Shown piece by piece: positions 26,655-39,944 of a stretch of DNA of 64,000 nt. How positions within the stretch are numbered: the stretch's first letter is position 1; the number at the start of each line of letters is the position of its first letter. Position numbers and translations under genes: made by a program. Source of the stretch: Heterodontus francisci (Eukaryota); NCBI RefSeq assembly GCF_036365525.1, contig NC_090390.1:40707993-40771992 (forward strand), written 5' to 3'. The notes beneath the pieces were generated by a model that had not been told where the DNA came from, ran no database searches, and saw only the letters and a list, made by a program, of their open reading frames with translations.

Positions 26655-27958
26655 ATTGTTTTTATTAAGTCATAAAACTCTTCTGACAGCATGGGGTTCG
26701 ACCTGTCATGAAACTCGGCTTGAAGTTTGATTTTTGTACTATTTGAAGTCTTCATTGAACTGCAGTCGTTTCACGTCCACATGATTGCATGAATGTTGCG
26801 TAATTTTCCATTGCTTGTACAAAATAATGAAAGCAGACTTGCAGTCTCAATATCCAAGATGTTTTCCAGTGAAAAGTTATGGAACTGAAGTAGAAGTTAA
26901 TACAGAGTCCTACTTTGTTGATTTAGGATCGGGAAAGAAATTGTATTTATTCAGGGATTGCAGGTGATCGACAATATGCTTTTAAGAAAACCTCGGGATA
27001 TGCAAATAGTTTTGCACAAAGTTTGGTACGTGGAATTCATTACAGCAAGTTGACAATCACATATGAATTAAAAAGCCATTTCTTAGGGATTGCAGCATTT
27101 GCTAGCCTACAATATAACAGATTGGTGACATCAATAAAGGATTCATTTACCACAATGTAACGTGTTAAAAAAATGCTAATGTGTTTACTGGCAAAACATC
27201 AACTGGCACCTTTTACTCTTATTACAGTTATTGATCATGAATGGCAATTTGACAAACAGGATGTACACAAAAAGCCATGGATCACATTTTGCAGCTGCTT
27301 TTTGCTAAGAAGAGATAATGATAATGTTTCAAGCCACAAATGTAATTATTTTGAGCCCTGCAAAACAAGAAAAGATTATGATTTTTGAAATGTTGGATTG
27401 CAATGACAGGAAGCCAGACAGTGCTGCATCTATTAAAATTGATTGACAACTAATGTGTTTTTACCCTGGATGCACCAGGCTAGAATAAATAAATAGGCTA
27501 CCAAGGTGAGAAAGGAGGCAGGTTGTTCATTATCTACTCCTCCATTAAGCAAAAAATAAAGAATCCTGCAGACTGCTATCATTAAGTCTGTATTATCCCA
27601 TTAGTGTATGCAGAAAAAGTGACACCTTAATGAATTTTGATTTACATCAGTTTAGAGGAAAAAACTGTACACTGGACTCGAGGCACAAACAAGCTTCCAG
27701 GTTATATTTTGGATCTGGATGATATATGGAATGAAAGCTGTTTTTGCACACTATTAGTATGACAAATTCTGGAGGTTTCCAGAAATTTGAAGGCTAAAGG
27801 GTACTGACGGGAAATCTATAGAAACTATTCCACAATAAGGAGGGCCTCATAGATTGTATGTGGTAACATTTATGAGTCATGAAGATTGCTTCAATTTTTG
27901 GAATAAAATCTATATTCATCAGTTTACCATGGTGTGTTCTATTTATATGCAAAACAAT

Positions 27959-28325
27959 GGGCGGCGTAGTGGCGCAGTGGTTAGCACTGGAGCCTCACAG
28001 CTCCAGCAACCCAGGTTCAGCTCTGGGTACTGCCTGTGCGGAGTTTGCAAGTTCTCCCTGTGATGGCGTGGGTTTCCGCCGGGTGCTCCGGTTTCCTCCC
28101 AGAGCCAAAGACTTGCAGGTTGATAGGTAAATTGGCCATTGTAAATTGCCCCTAGTGTAGGTAGATGGTAGGAGAATGGTGGGAATGTGGTAGGGAATAT
28201 GGGATTAATGTAGGGAATATGGGATTAATGTAGGATTAGTATAAATGGGTGGTTGTTGGTCGGCACAGACTCGGTGGGCCGAAGGGCCTGTTTCAGTGCT
28301 GTATCTCTAAATAAATAAATAAAAA
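27959..28325 (+). mobile_element. HE1-like V-SINE (tRNA-derived), full length
   Basis: tRNA head GTGGCGCAGTGGTTAGCAC, V-domain TGTGCGGAGTTTGCAAGTTCTCCC..GGGTGCTCCGGTTTCCTCCC, CR1-like tail ending (TAAA)n; internal 20-bp tandem duplication at 28191-28230. Confidence 0.92.
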
Positions 28326-30194
28326 TTTATAAAGATAGGAACAAGTAGCAAAGTACATTAGTTTATCAGTGTTCTTTGCCACATAATACTGAAATGCAGT
28401 TTTGTTCTGTAATTCATCACTTGCTAAGTTCTGAATGTTAGCTGTGCCATCTGGGATGTGCCAAGCAGGGCAAAGATCTTCCACCAGAGATAGAGGAAAA
28501 ATTAGAAGGTGAATCACCTTGGATGACTCTCTTGAATTTCCCATTAACCAATCAATTAGTAGCGATCTGGCAAACTGCCCACAGAGTAGAATGTGACGTA
28601 TGAGAAACAAAAGTGGGTAAAAGTTAGTTCCAAAAATTTTTTCAATTTTTAATTTTTAAAATGCATTTATAACAAGAACATGGAGCCATAGAAGGTGCTG
28701 TAATATACTAAAGTGAGTAGCTAATGTGGGATGGCTCTTATCTATCTTCAGAACTGAGAATCTGTTTTAACAATCATTTAGTGGCTGGGAGAGACGGACA
28801 TTAAAACTTACAGAAAACCAGGAACTACATTAAAACTGGAACCTTTTTTTTAATCTAAGTTATCTGCCTCCCCTCTCGCTCTCAATAAAGGAGTGACTAT
28901 TTGTTAAACCTGATACTGCTATTAAAGTTTTGTTAATGAGCTTTCAGAGGAACATGTGGTTGTTTCCTACTAGGGGAAAATGACCAGATAGAAAGTGACT
29001 GGAGTTGGTTCAACAATGGAACAGCTAAATCCTTTGGCCCAGAACTGGACTTGGCTGCAATTTTTACAATAACTGGATCAGTGTAGTGCTGCCAACTCTG
29101 GAGATTCAGTCACATGACATTTAGTCACATGACAAACATTGCAGTCTGCAAATGTTACTACATTTATTTAATAGAACCATAGAACCATCGAAAATTTACG
29201 GCACAGAAGGAGGCCATTCAGCCCATCGTGTCTGCAGCAGCTGAAAAAACTAGCCACCCAATCTAATCCCACCCTCCAGCACCTGCTCCGTAGCCTTGCA
29301 GGTTACAGCACTTCAGGTGCATGTCCAGGTACCTTTTAAAAGAGTTGAGGGTTTTTGCCTCCACCACCAATCCAGGCAGTGAATTCCAGACACCCACTAC
29401 CCTCTAATATCCCCTCTAATCCTTCTACCAATCACCTTAAATCTGTGCCCCCAGTAATTGACCTCTCCGCTGAGGGAAACTGGTCCTTCCTGTGTACTCT
29501 ATCTACGCCCCTCATAATTTTTTACACCTCAATTAAGTCACTCCTTAGCCTCCCCTGTTCTAAGGAAAACAACCCTAACCGATCCAATCTTTCCTCATAG
29601 CTGCAACTTTCAAGCCCTGGCAACATTCTTGTAAATCTCCTCTGTACTCTCTCCAGAGCAATTATGTCCTTCCTGTAATGTGGTGACCAGAAATGTACGC
29701 AATACTCCAGCTGTGGCCTAATCAGCGTTTTATACAGTTCCAGCATTATATCCCTGCTTTTGTATTCTATAACTTGGCCAATAAAGGAAAGCATTCCATA
29801 TGCCTTCTTCACTGCTCTATTTACCTGTTCTGCTACCTTCAGGGACCTGCACTCCAAGGTCTCTCACTTATGCTACCCCTCTCAATATCCTCCCGTTTAT
29901 TGTGTATTCCCTTGCTTTGCTGTCTCTCCCCAAATGCATTACCTCACACTTCTCCTGATTGAATTCCATTTGTCACTTTTCTACCCACTCAACCAAACCA
30001 TTGATATCATTATGGAGTCTACGGCTATCCTCTTCACTATCAACTACATGGCCAATTTTTATGTCATCTGCAAATTTCCCAATCATGCCTCCCACTTTTA
30101 AGTCCAAATCATTTAAACAGCTAGGGACCCAACACTGAGCCCTGTGGAACACCACTGGAAACCACCTTCCATTCACAAAACATTCGTTGACCAT

Positions 30195-32714
30195 CGGCAG
30201 GTGGAAGGGGTGGCAGTGGGAGAGCATTTTGGTGGTAGCGATCACAATTCAGTCAATATTAACATAATTATGGAAAAGGACAGAGATAGAACAGGAGTTA
30301 AAGTTCTCAATTGGGGCAAGGCCAATTTTACTAAACTGAGGAGTGATTTAGTGAACGTGGACTGGAAATAATTACTTGAAGGTAAATCCGTGTCAGAACG
30401 GTGGGAGGCATTCAAAGGGAAGATTCAAGGGGTTCAGAGTAAACATGTTCCCACAAAGAAAAAGGGTGAGATGACCAAATCTAGAGCCCAATGGATGTCA
30501 AGGAGCCTAATGGGGAAGATAAGGCAGAAAAGGAAAGCTTATATCCGACACTGAGGACGCAATACTACAGAAAGTCGAGGGGAGTATAGAAAGTGGAGGG
30601 GTGAAATCAAAAAGGAAATTAGGAAAGCAAAGAGAGGGCATGAAAGAATATTGGCAAGCAAATTCCAGGTGAAGCCAAAGATGTTTTATCAATACATTAA
30701 GAGTAAGAGGATAACTAAGGAGAGAGTAGGGCCCATAAAAGACCAAAAAGGTAATCTATGTGTAGGGGCAGTAGATGATGGTATGGCTCTTAATGAATAC
30801 TTTGCGTCTGTCTTCACAAAAGAGGGGGACTATGCAGATATTGTAGTTAAGGAGGAGGAATGTGGAGTATTGGATGTGATAAAGATAGGGAGAGAGGAAG
30901 TATTAATGGGACTGGCATCCTTGAAAGTTGATAAATCACCAGGGCCAGAAGAAATGTACCCTAGGCTGTCAAAAGAAGCAAGAGAGGAAATAGCAGAAGG
31001 TCTGACCATCATTTTCCAGTCCTCACTGGTCATAGTTTTAGGATAAGGGGTAGCAGATTTAAAACAGAGATGAGGAGAAATTACTTCTCTCAAAGGGTCG
31101 TGAGTCTGTGGAATTCACTACCCCAGAGTGCGGTGAGGCCGGGCTGAGATCAGCCATGATCGTATTGAATGGCGGCGCAGGCTCGAGGGGCTGAATTGCC
31201 TACTCCTGCTCCTAGTTCTTAAGTTCTTATGTTTACTGGATACAGGTGTGGTACCGAAGGATTGGAGAACTGCTAACGTTGTACCTTTGCTTAAAAAGGG
31301 AGCGAAGGATAGACCGAATAATTACGGGTCAATCAGTCGAACCTCAGTAGTGGGCAAATTATTGGAATCTATTCTGAGAGGCAGGATAAACTGTCATTTA
31401 GAAAGGCACAGGTTAATCAAGGATAGTCTGCATGGATTTGTTAAGGGAAGATCTTGTTTGACCAACTTAATCAAATTTTTGAAGAAGTAACAAGGAAGAT
31501 AGATGAGGGTAGTGCAGTTGATATGGTCTACATGGATTCTAGCAAGGCTTTTGACAGGGACCGACATAGCAGCCTGGTTAAAAAAATGAAATCCCATGGG
31601 ATACAGGGAAATGCAGCAAGGTGAATGCAAAATTGGCTCAGTGGAAGGAAACAAAGGTACTTGTTGACAGGTGTTTTAGCAACTGGAGGGCTGTTTCCAG
31701 TGGCGTTTTGCAGGGCTCACTACTGTGTCCCCTGCTTTTTGTGGTATATATATTAATGATTTGGATGTGTAGGGGGCATGATCAAGAGGTTTGCAGATGA
31801 CACAAAGATTGGTCATGTGGTAGATAGCGAGGAGGATAGCTGTAGGTTGCAGGAAGATATTGATGGTCTGGTCAGATGGGCAGAAAAGTGGCAAATGGAA
31901 TTCAACCTGGAGAAGTGTGAGGTGATGCATCTGAGGAGGTCAAACAAGACAAAGAAATACACGATTAATGGGAAAATACTGAGAAGTGTAGAGGAAGTGA
32001 GGGACCTTGGAGTCAATGTCCACAGATCCCTGAAGATAGCAGGACAGGTCGATAAGGTGGTTAAGAAGGCATATGGAATCCTTTCCTTTATTAGTCGATG
32101 TATAGAATATAAGAACAGGGAGGTTATGCTGGAACAGTATAACTCATTGGTTAGGCCACAACTTGAGTACTGTGTGCAGTTCTGGTCACCTCATTACAGA
32201 AATGATGTGATTGCACTAGAGAGGGTACAGAGGAGATTTACAAGGATGTTGCCAGGACTGGAAAAATGCAGCTATGAGGAAAGATTGGATAGACTGGGGT
32301 TGTTCTCCTTGGAACAGAGAAAGCTGAGGGGCGATCTGATTGAAATGTACAACATTTTGAGGGGCCTGGATAGAGTGGAGGTGAAGGGTCTAGTCACCTT
32401 AGCAGAGAGGTCAGTGATGAGGGGGCATAGATTAAAGTGATTGATAGAAAAATTAGAGGGGAGATGATGAAAATCTTTTTCACCCAGAGGGTGGTGGGGG
32501 TGTGGAACTCACTGCCTGAAAGGGCAGTTGAGGCAGAAACCCTCAACTCAATCAAAAGGAGTCTGGATATGCACCTCAAGTGCCATAATCTGCAGGACTA
32601 CAGACCAAATACTGGAAGGTAGGATTAGAATAGGTGGTTCATTTCTCGACTGGCACAGACATGATGGGCCCAGTGGCTCTTTCTGTGCCTTAAACATTCT
32701 ATGATTCTATGATT
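30195..32714 (+). mobile_element. 5'-truncated CR1 LINE nested antisense in the preceding CR1
   Basis: GGSDHNSV, DKSPGPEEMYPR, FADDTK and a 220-aa RT C-terminal ORF (31778-32440); (ATTCTATG)n tail at ~32696-32714. Confidence 0.95.
31030..31233 (+). mobile_element. CR1 3' fragment nested in the nested CR1
   Basis: CR1 3' UTR with GTTCTTA-type tail; ACTGG duplicated on both flanks; host frame FQSSL..DTGVVPKDW resumes afterwards. Confidence 0.85.
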
Positions 32715-35088
32715 CATTACCCTTTGTTTCCTGTCACTGAGCCAATTTTGGATCCAACTTGCTACATTCCCCTGTATTCCATGGGCTTTCATTTTTCTGA
32801 CCAGTCTGCTATGTGGGACCTTGTCAAATGCCTTACTAAAATCAATGTAGACCATCCACTGCACTACGCTCATCAATCCTCCTTGTTACTTCCTCAAAAA
32901 ATTCAATCAAGTTAGTAAGACACGACCTTCCCTTAACAAATCCATGCTGACTATCCCTGATTAATCCGTGCCTTTCTAAGTGGCAGTTTATACTGTCTCT
33001 CAGAATTGATTCTAATAATTTACCCACCACTGGTCAAACTGACTGACCTTTAAGTATTTGGCCTATCCCTTGCATTCTTTTTAAACAATGGTACAACATT
33101 CGCAGACCTCAATCGTCTGGTACCTCGCCTGTATTTAGTGAGGATTTGAAGATGATCCTCAGCGCATCCGCTATTTCTTCCCCGGCTTCCTTTAACAACC
33201 TGGGATACACTTTCAAGGTTGTCAGACCCTGTAGTACTTCCTCTCTCATTAAGCTTATCGTATCTAATATTTCACACTCTTCTTTTACTACAATGTCTGT
33301 ATCAGCCCTCTCCTTTGTGAAGACAGAGACAAAAAAACTCATTAAGAACCCTGCCCACATCTTCTGCATCCATGTTTACGTTTTCTTGTACATCTCTGAT
33401 AGACACTACCCTTTTCTTAGATATCCTCTTGCTCTTAATGTACTGTTAAAACATCTTTGGGTTTTCCTTGATTTTACCTGCCAATAATTTTTCATGTCCT
33501 CTCTTTGCTTTCCTAATTTTCCTTTTTTACTTCATCCCTGCACTTTCTATACTCCTTTAGACTTTCTAAAGTATTAAGTTTTTTGTGACCATCATAAGCT
33601 TTCTTTTTCTGCCTAATCTTACCCTTTATACTTTTGATAACCCGGAGGCTCTAGATTTGGCCGTACTACCCTTTATCTTTGTGGGGACATGTCTACACTG
33701 TACCTGTAGAATCTCGCTTTTGAACGCCTCCCACAGGTTTGCCACTGATTTTCCTTCAAGCAGCTGTATCCAGTCCACTTTCACCAGATAACCTCTCAGC
33801 TTCTTAAAACTTGCCTTTCCCCAATTTAGAACTTTTACTCGTTTTATCTTTGTCCTTTTTCATGATTATGCTAAAACTTACTGTATTATGGTCGCTATCT
33901 CCAAAATGGTCACCCACTGCTACTTCATCCACTTGCACAGCTTCATTACCGAAGACTAAATCTAGAATTGCGCCCACTCTCGTTGGGCTTGTTACGTGCT
34001 GGTTAAAAAAGTTCTCTTGAATGCAGTTCAAGAATTTTGTGCCCTCTGTGGCCTTCACACTGTTTGTATCCCAGTTGATATTGGGGTAGTTGAAATCCCT
34101 ATTATTGCCCTATTGTTTTTGCACTCAGAAATGTGTCTACATATTTGTTCTTCTATCTCCCTTGCACCATTTGGGGGTCTATAGTCCACTCCTAGTAGTA
34201 TGGACGCCCCTTTTGTATTTCTGAGCTCAACCCATATGGCCTCATTGGATGATTCATCTAGCATATCATCTTTCCTCACAGCTGTTATTGACTCCTTAAC
34301 CAATAATGTTACACCCCCTCCTTTTTATCCCTCTCTCTAATCTTTCTATCCCCCTGCCTGAAAACTCTATATCCAGGGATGTTGAGCTGCCATTCTTGCG
34401 CCTCTTTAAGCCACTTTACTGTTATAACAATGATATTGTGTTGCCATGTGTCTCTCTGTGCCCTCAGCTCATCGGCTTTATTTGCTATACTCCTTGCATT
34501 TAAATAAATACCTTTTAACACTGCCAAATTCCTGTGCTGCACGTTTTAACGTTTGCTTCTTCTGTCTTTCAGAGTCACTCGCTAATTTTCTGCCTCCTGT
34601 TCCCTGCCCTGAATTTGTCCTATCTGAAACTGCCCTCAGGTTCCCATCCCCCTGCCATCTAGTTTAAACCATCTCTAACAGCACTAGCAAACCTTCCTGC
34701 AAGGATATTCGTCCTGGTCCTGTTCAGGTATAGACCGTCCGGCTTGTACAGGTCCCACCTTCCCCAGAAACAGTCCCAATATCCCAGAGATCTGAAGCCC
34801 TCCCTCCTGCACCATCTCTCCAGCCACGCATTCATCTGGTGTATTCTCCTATGTTTATACTCACTAGCCCATAGCCTTGGGAGTAATTTGGAGATTACTG
34901 CCTTTGAGGTCCTGCTCGCTAATCTCTTTCCTAACTCTCTAAACTTAGCCTGCAGGATCTCATCCTTCTTTCTTCCTCTATCGTTGGTACCAATGTGGAC
35001 CACATCCTATGGCTGTGCACCCTCACCCCGCAGAATGCTCTGTAATAGCTCGGTGATATCCATGACCTTTGCACCAGGGAGGCAACAC

Positions 35089-35105
35089 GTTAGGGTTAGG
35101 GTTAG
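35089..35105 (+). repeat. short interstitial telomeric sequence GTTAGGGTTAGGGTTAG
   Basis: Perfect TTAGGG array of 17 nt inside CR1 ORF1, giving DSNPNPNV in the ORF track. Confidence 0.85.
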
Positions 35106-36199
35106 AATCGCGTCTGTGATCACAGAAACACCTGTCTGTTCCCCTAACTATAGAATCCCTTACCACTATTGCTCTCCTGTCTTTTCTCCTCTCTCCTTGC
35201 ACGGCTGAGCCACCCATGGTGCTCTAGTCATGACTCTCGCTGCTCTCTCCAGAGGAAGCCTCTCTCCCATCGGTCCTCAGAACTGAATACAGGTTAGAAA
35301 GTGCAATGCCCTGCGGGGACTCCTGCACTACTTGCCTTGTCCTTCTTGTCTGTCTGGCAGCCACCCAATCCCTCTCTGCCTCTGCTCTCTTAAGCTCCAG
35401 GGTGACTACCTAGTGAAACTGCTATCCACGTAGTTCTCTGCCTCATGGATGCGCCACAGTGACTCCAGCTGCTGCTCGAGGTCCAAAACCAGGAACTCAA
35501 GCTTCTGCAGCCAGTGACACTTCCTGCAGATGTGTTTGTCAAGGACACATGGTGCGTCCACGACTTCCCACATACCACTTAGCCAAGCTGCCCTACCATA
35601 ACTTAGCTTTACAAACTAATTATTGCTAGTGTAATAAGTGTAATAAGTAGAATAACTTACCAGTTACTTGCCAATCAACTTCTTCCCCTGTCCTGTGAAG
35701 GCTGAAAAGGCAGAAAGGAAAAGAGACCAAAGAGACCAAAGAGCACCTCTGTCCCCTTGTCAGTGAAGTCCCTCACGCACCAACTCACAGCCTCACACTC
35801 TGTCCAAACAACACTTTCTAATTAGTAATTACTAATAAATTACACCAACTAAAACCTTAGTAGGGCTAATATGGTACCTATTTGAGGGTTTAAAAAAAGT
35901 AATTTTCTTTCTCTGATTTTTAAGCTATTTACAGGCATTATCTAACAGCTGTTACTCACCAACTAATCAGCTTACAGATTTCCCATGATGTCATGGTTAG
36001 GCTTTTTTTACTTTTCAAACCCAGCCGCCGACATTGACTGCCTCTCCAGTCTTCAGGTAAGTAAGGGCCTTGATTTTTATATCTGCCGCCTGGGTTTGAT
36101 TCCTCCCAGGTCCGCTGACTGCCTCTCCGGTCTTCAGGTAAATAAGCTTGATACTTAATAGCTTGATGACTGTGCTTTGGTTAGAGTGCTAATAACTCT

Positions 36200-36520
36200 C
36201 AGTGGTACAGTGGTTAGCACCGCAGCCTCATAGCTCCAGTGACCCGGGTTCGATTCTGGGTACTGTCTGTGCGGAGTTTGCAAGTTCGCTCTGTAACCGC
36301 GTGGGTTTTCGCTGGGTGCACTGGTTTCCTCCCACTGCCAAAGACTTGCAGGTTGATAGGTAAATTGGCCATTATAAATTGCCTCTAGTATAGGTAGGGG
36401 AATTGAGGGAAGGTGGGGATATGAGAGGGTAATAGGATTAGTATAAATGGGTGGTTGATGGTTGGCACAGACTCAGTGGGCTGAAGGGCCTGTTTCAGTG
36501 CTATATCTCTAATAAAATAA
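36200..36520 (+). mobile_element. HE1-like V-SINE
   Basis: A box, B box GGTTCGATTC, V-domain and tail homologous to 27959-28325. Confidence 0.92.
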
Positions 36521-37344
36521 ACTACCATTGAAGGCTATATTGGCAAACAACTGATTTGAGTATGATGGTGTTACATTCAAGCTTAAGGATGGCAATGCAT
36601 ATTCTGTTATATTGAAGAATCCAATATTCCTTTTGCAAATTCATCATCGAAGAACTCGTGCTTAGATTTGGAGATCATGTCCTCCTTGACGCCTGAACCA
36701 AATATGGAACGTCCTGCCAGCTTATGACAATAAACCAAGCAAGTCCGGCTGCTGCATGGCTCATGGCTGGTCCTCCTTCCTGTGAAATGGCTAGCTGTAA
36801 CTAGCTAGAACGTATGGGCAGCCACACGGGATATTGTAGCGGAGAATCACTTAATCTGGTGGTAGGCAGTGCCTCCAGCTCCAAGGAAGCAGATAGGGAT
36901 GGTGCTGGGCGGCAGGAATTGACTGATCAGGGAAGGAATTGACAGTGTGGGCCATTAGAGAAGTGCAGGCGCAAATCAGAGCATAGAAGTACTTTTCTCT
37001 TAGGACATGAGCAGCACCACACGGGAGACTGAGCATCCATTTTGACGGTCTCCTAGATGATCTTGGGGGGTTGATAACTCTATGATACAGGGTGGTGACT
37101 AATTGGACTGGAGCTGGCAAGGACTATGATGCAGAAATCTAAAAGCTAGAAGAGGAAGGCAGAGCAGTGTGGGGTGAAAGAGAAGGAGCAGGGGCACAGG
37201 ATGATAAGAGGCTGGGAGAGGAATGTAAAGCAGGGTTAAGGATGGTTTCCCAATATTAAAGGTGGCACTCACAAAATTAAAAGAATCAGCAGCTATATAC
37301 GTTTTATTCATTTCATTTAATTTTATATGTAATATAGAGTTATT

Positions 37345-37975
37345 ATAGAATCATAGACTGTTGTAGTGCATAAGGAGGCCTTTCGGCCCATCGTGCCTTT
37401 GAAAGTCCAATCCAGTTAGTCCCATGCCCTGCTCTTTCCTCACAGTCATGCAAATATTTTCATTTTCAAGTATATATCCAATTTCCTTTTGGAAGTTACT
37501 ATTGAATTTGCTGCCACCACCCTTTCAGGCAATGCAGTCCAGGTCATAACAACTGACTGCTTTAAAAAAAAACTCATCTCCTCCTTGGTTCTTTTGCCAT
37601 TACCTGAAATCTGTGTCCTTTACTTACCAATCGTCCTGTCAGTGGAAAAAGTTTCTCCTTATTTACTCTTTCAAAACTTGGCATGATCTCGAACATTTCA
37701 TGAATACCCCTCATAATTCCAATCTATGATTAATCCTCCCTGCTCTGAGAAGAACAACCCCAGCTTTTCCAGTCTCTTCAGTTAATTGAATTTCCGCAAA
37801 GCTGGTACCATTTTAGCAATACCTCTCTGCACCCTCTGAGCTGAGCATAACTAGTGATTTATAAAGATTTAGCACAACTTCCTTGCTTTTGTACTTTAGG
37901 CCCAGTATCCCAGATGCTTTTTTTAACAGCCTGATTAACTTGGCTGCCACTGTCAAAGATTTGTGATTGTGAACA
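37345..37975 (-). mobile_element. old CR1 3' fragment
   Basis: CR1 tail and degenerate KYKSKEVVLNLYKSLV frame. Confidence 0.75.
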
Positions 37976-38204
37976 TTATATAAACGTTTCACGCCTATAT
38001 TTATAAGAATTAGCTGTGGGAGAGAACATTGCCAATTGGGCTGGCAAAGCAGGAGAAAGGTCTGTGGCATCGGTGGGGGTTATATTGGGAGCAGGGGTTG
38101 CGATCATGACCGCAGCAAAATGCAGCTTTGGGTGGAGGGGAGAAGGAAACAGAAGATGACAAGAACAATTCAGAGCTGGTGGTACATCCAACTTGATTAA
38201 AATT

Positions 38205-38353
38205 CTTATCCAATAGACTGCACTTCGAACAATGCTGCACTCCCTCAGTACTACACAAAGCATTAGCTTGGATAATGTGTTGAAGTCCATAGTGGGATAT
38301 AGACACACAACCTTCTGACTCTCAAGTAAAAGTGTTACTACTGAGTCATGCTG
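38205..38353 (-). mobile_element. Deu-SINE (SacSINE1/AmnSINE1-like) 5' fragment
   Basis: TGCACTCCCTCAGTACT and AACCTTCTGACTC motifs, reverse-complementary to the head region of 53960-54335. Confidence 0.65.
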
Positions 38354-38360
38354 ATACTGT

Positions 38361-38702
38361 TGGTTGAATTTTAGCTCTGGGGTCCGAATCCCGACACCAG
38401 GCTGAATTCAGGGTCGGGAACACTGAAGTGGTCATGGCGGGTCCCTGGAGGAGATTTTTGAGGTGGGCAGACAATTAAGAAGCCTCCTGTGTGAGCCCCA
38501 TCCAATTAAGGATGGCGGGCTCAGCAGCTGGGAGGCCCAGTGAGAGTGCCAGAGGCTTCGGGTGGCCAGGAGAGGTAGACGCTGTCGATTTAGATGGGCG
38601 ACCGCAAGGGTGTCTCAAGATGGATGGCCTGCGCCAGTAACGAGAAATTTCCGTCACACTTACCTCCAAAGCTGCCTCTGCCTCGGGATGAAAATTCAGC
38701 CC
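38361..38702. mobile_element. short Harbinger-type MITE, 3-bp TSD (TGT)
   Basis: TGGTTGAATTTT ... AAAATTCAGCCC with TGT flanks. Confidence 0.8.
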
Positions 38703-39944
38703 TGTGTTCTTGTATAATTAAACCTTACAACTCAAAAGATAGACACCGCAAATGCTGGAATCTTGAAATAAACCTGAAAGGGGTCTGAATACACAGCATC
38801 TGTTAAGGGGAAATGCAGGTTAATGCTGGGTACCCTTCAGTTCATAGAAGCAAGGAGCATTCCCCTAAGCGGCTACACCTCCTGAAAATTCTCTTAAACA
38901 TGGCCCTAAAATGGAACATGCTGGAAATTCACTGGTGAAGGTAGGATGAGACCTTAACTTTATTACTAGATTATGAAAACAAGCAAAAAATGTTTGTGGA
39001 AGTTTTCCCTCATAAGCAAATGAAAATTAAAGTCAAAGAAATCAAACTCTGGTTCTTTAAATTCTATTAAAACTCAGCATTATATCATATGATGTATGCT
39101 TATGTGTTTCTAATAGCAACATGGAGTTAAAACGTTATCTAAGCTCTGTGCATCTACCTGCAAATATTCCATTTTGAAGCAGTTTGAAAAATAAACTTTC
39201 CCCAGTATCTCTGAATAGTTTTCTACATAACCTAAATATCAGCATAATACAGTACGTTATGTACAATGCTTTTGTTGTTCAGGTGACTGCTGTAATATAG
39301 AAATGGGTACGGTGACAGCAGCATAACTGATGGGTGAAATGATATCAAAAGTCAGTGGAACTGTTTCAAGAATTATAGATTATGACACTCTCTTTAATGA
39401 CATTGTACCAATTATTTTCTACAATAGTTTTTTTTGTGTCTGGCAATTGAGCAGTCTTAACTCACTGATGTTCAGTGTTCGCTCACATCCTCTGCAGAAA
39501 ATCCATTGAAATTGTTGACAGGAGTCATTACGCTGAATTCATACCAATCGTATTATAACATAAGCAGGTGGGTGTTGTCACATTACATGATTGGTAATAG
39601 GATGTTGCCTGTTGCTTGCAGTGATATGTTTGGTTATTCTGTCTGTTATAGAAACTGTTAAACACCTTTTGACATTTTGCTGCGTATGGGTGTTGGTAAA
39701 TGGTGTGGTATTTTTATGTTGAGTCTAATCCATTGGAATGATATAAACATGGTAGGGGTAATTTTGCAAGTCAGCACTGGTGATAAGAAGCCCCTTAGCT
39801 GACCTCACATATTAGAAGTTCAAACATGGTCAGAAACCGATGGACAGTGCACAGGTGAATTTTCAGATGTGCTGTCAGTGGACGAGACTCCATGCAGGGT
39901 GTATGGACTCACAAAATTACCTCTATGATTTATACTAAAATACC

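Larger units (their letters stand above)
29170..36150 (-). mobile_element. near full-length CR1 LINE (5' UTR, ORF1 zinc finger + SGNH esterase, ORF2) interrupted at ~30195-32714
   Basis: ORF1 VHIGTND / WGRWDLYKPDGLYLN (34659-35003); APE YLNARSIANKADEL and DYRPP; RT split as ..RKQRVM (32715) | VNECF (30194); 3' tail at 29170. 5' limit approximate. Confidence 0.9.

Noticed and set aside
27959-28040. tRNA genes (also 36200, 57140-57213, 25245-25336)
   Set aside because: A/B boxes belong to retroelement heads followed by SINE or LINE bodies; no complete cloverleaf.
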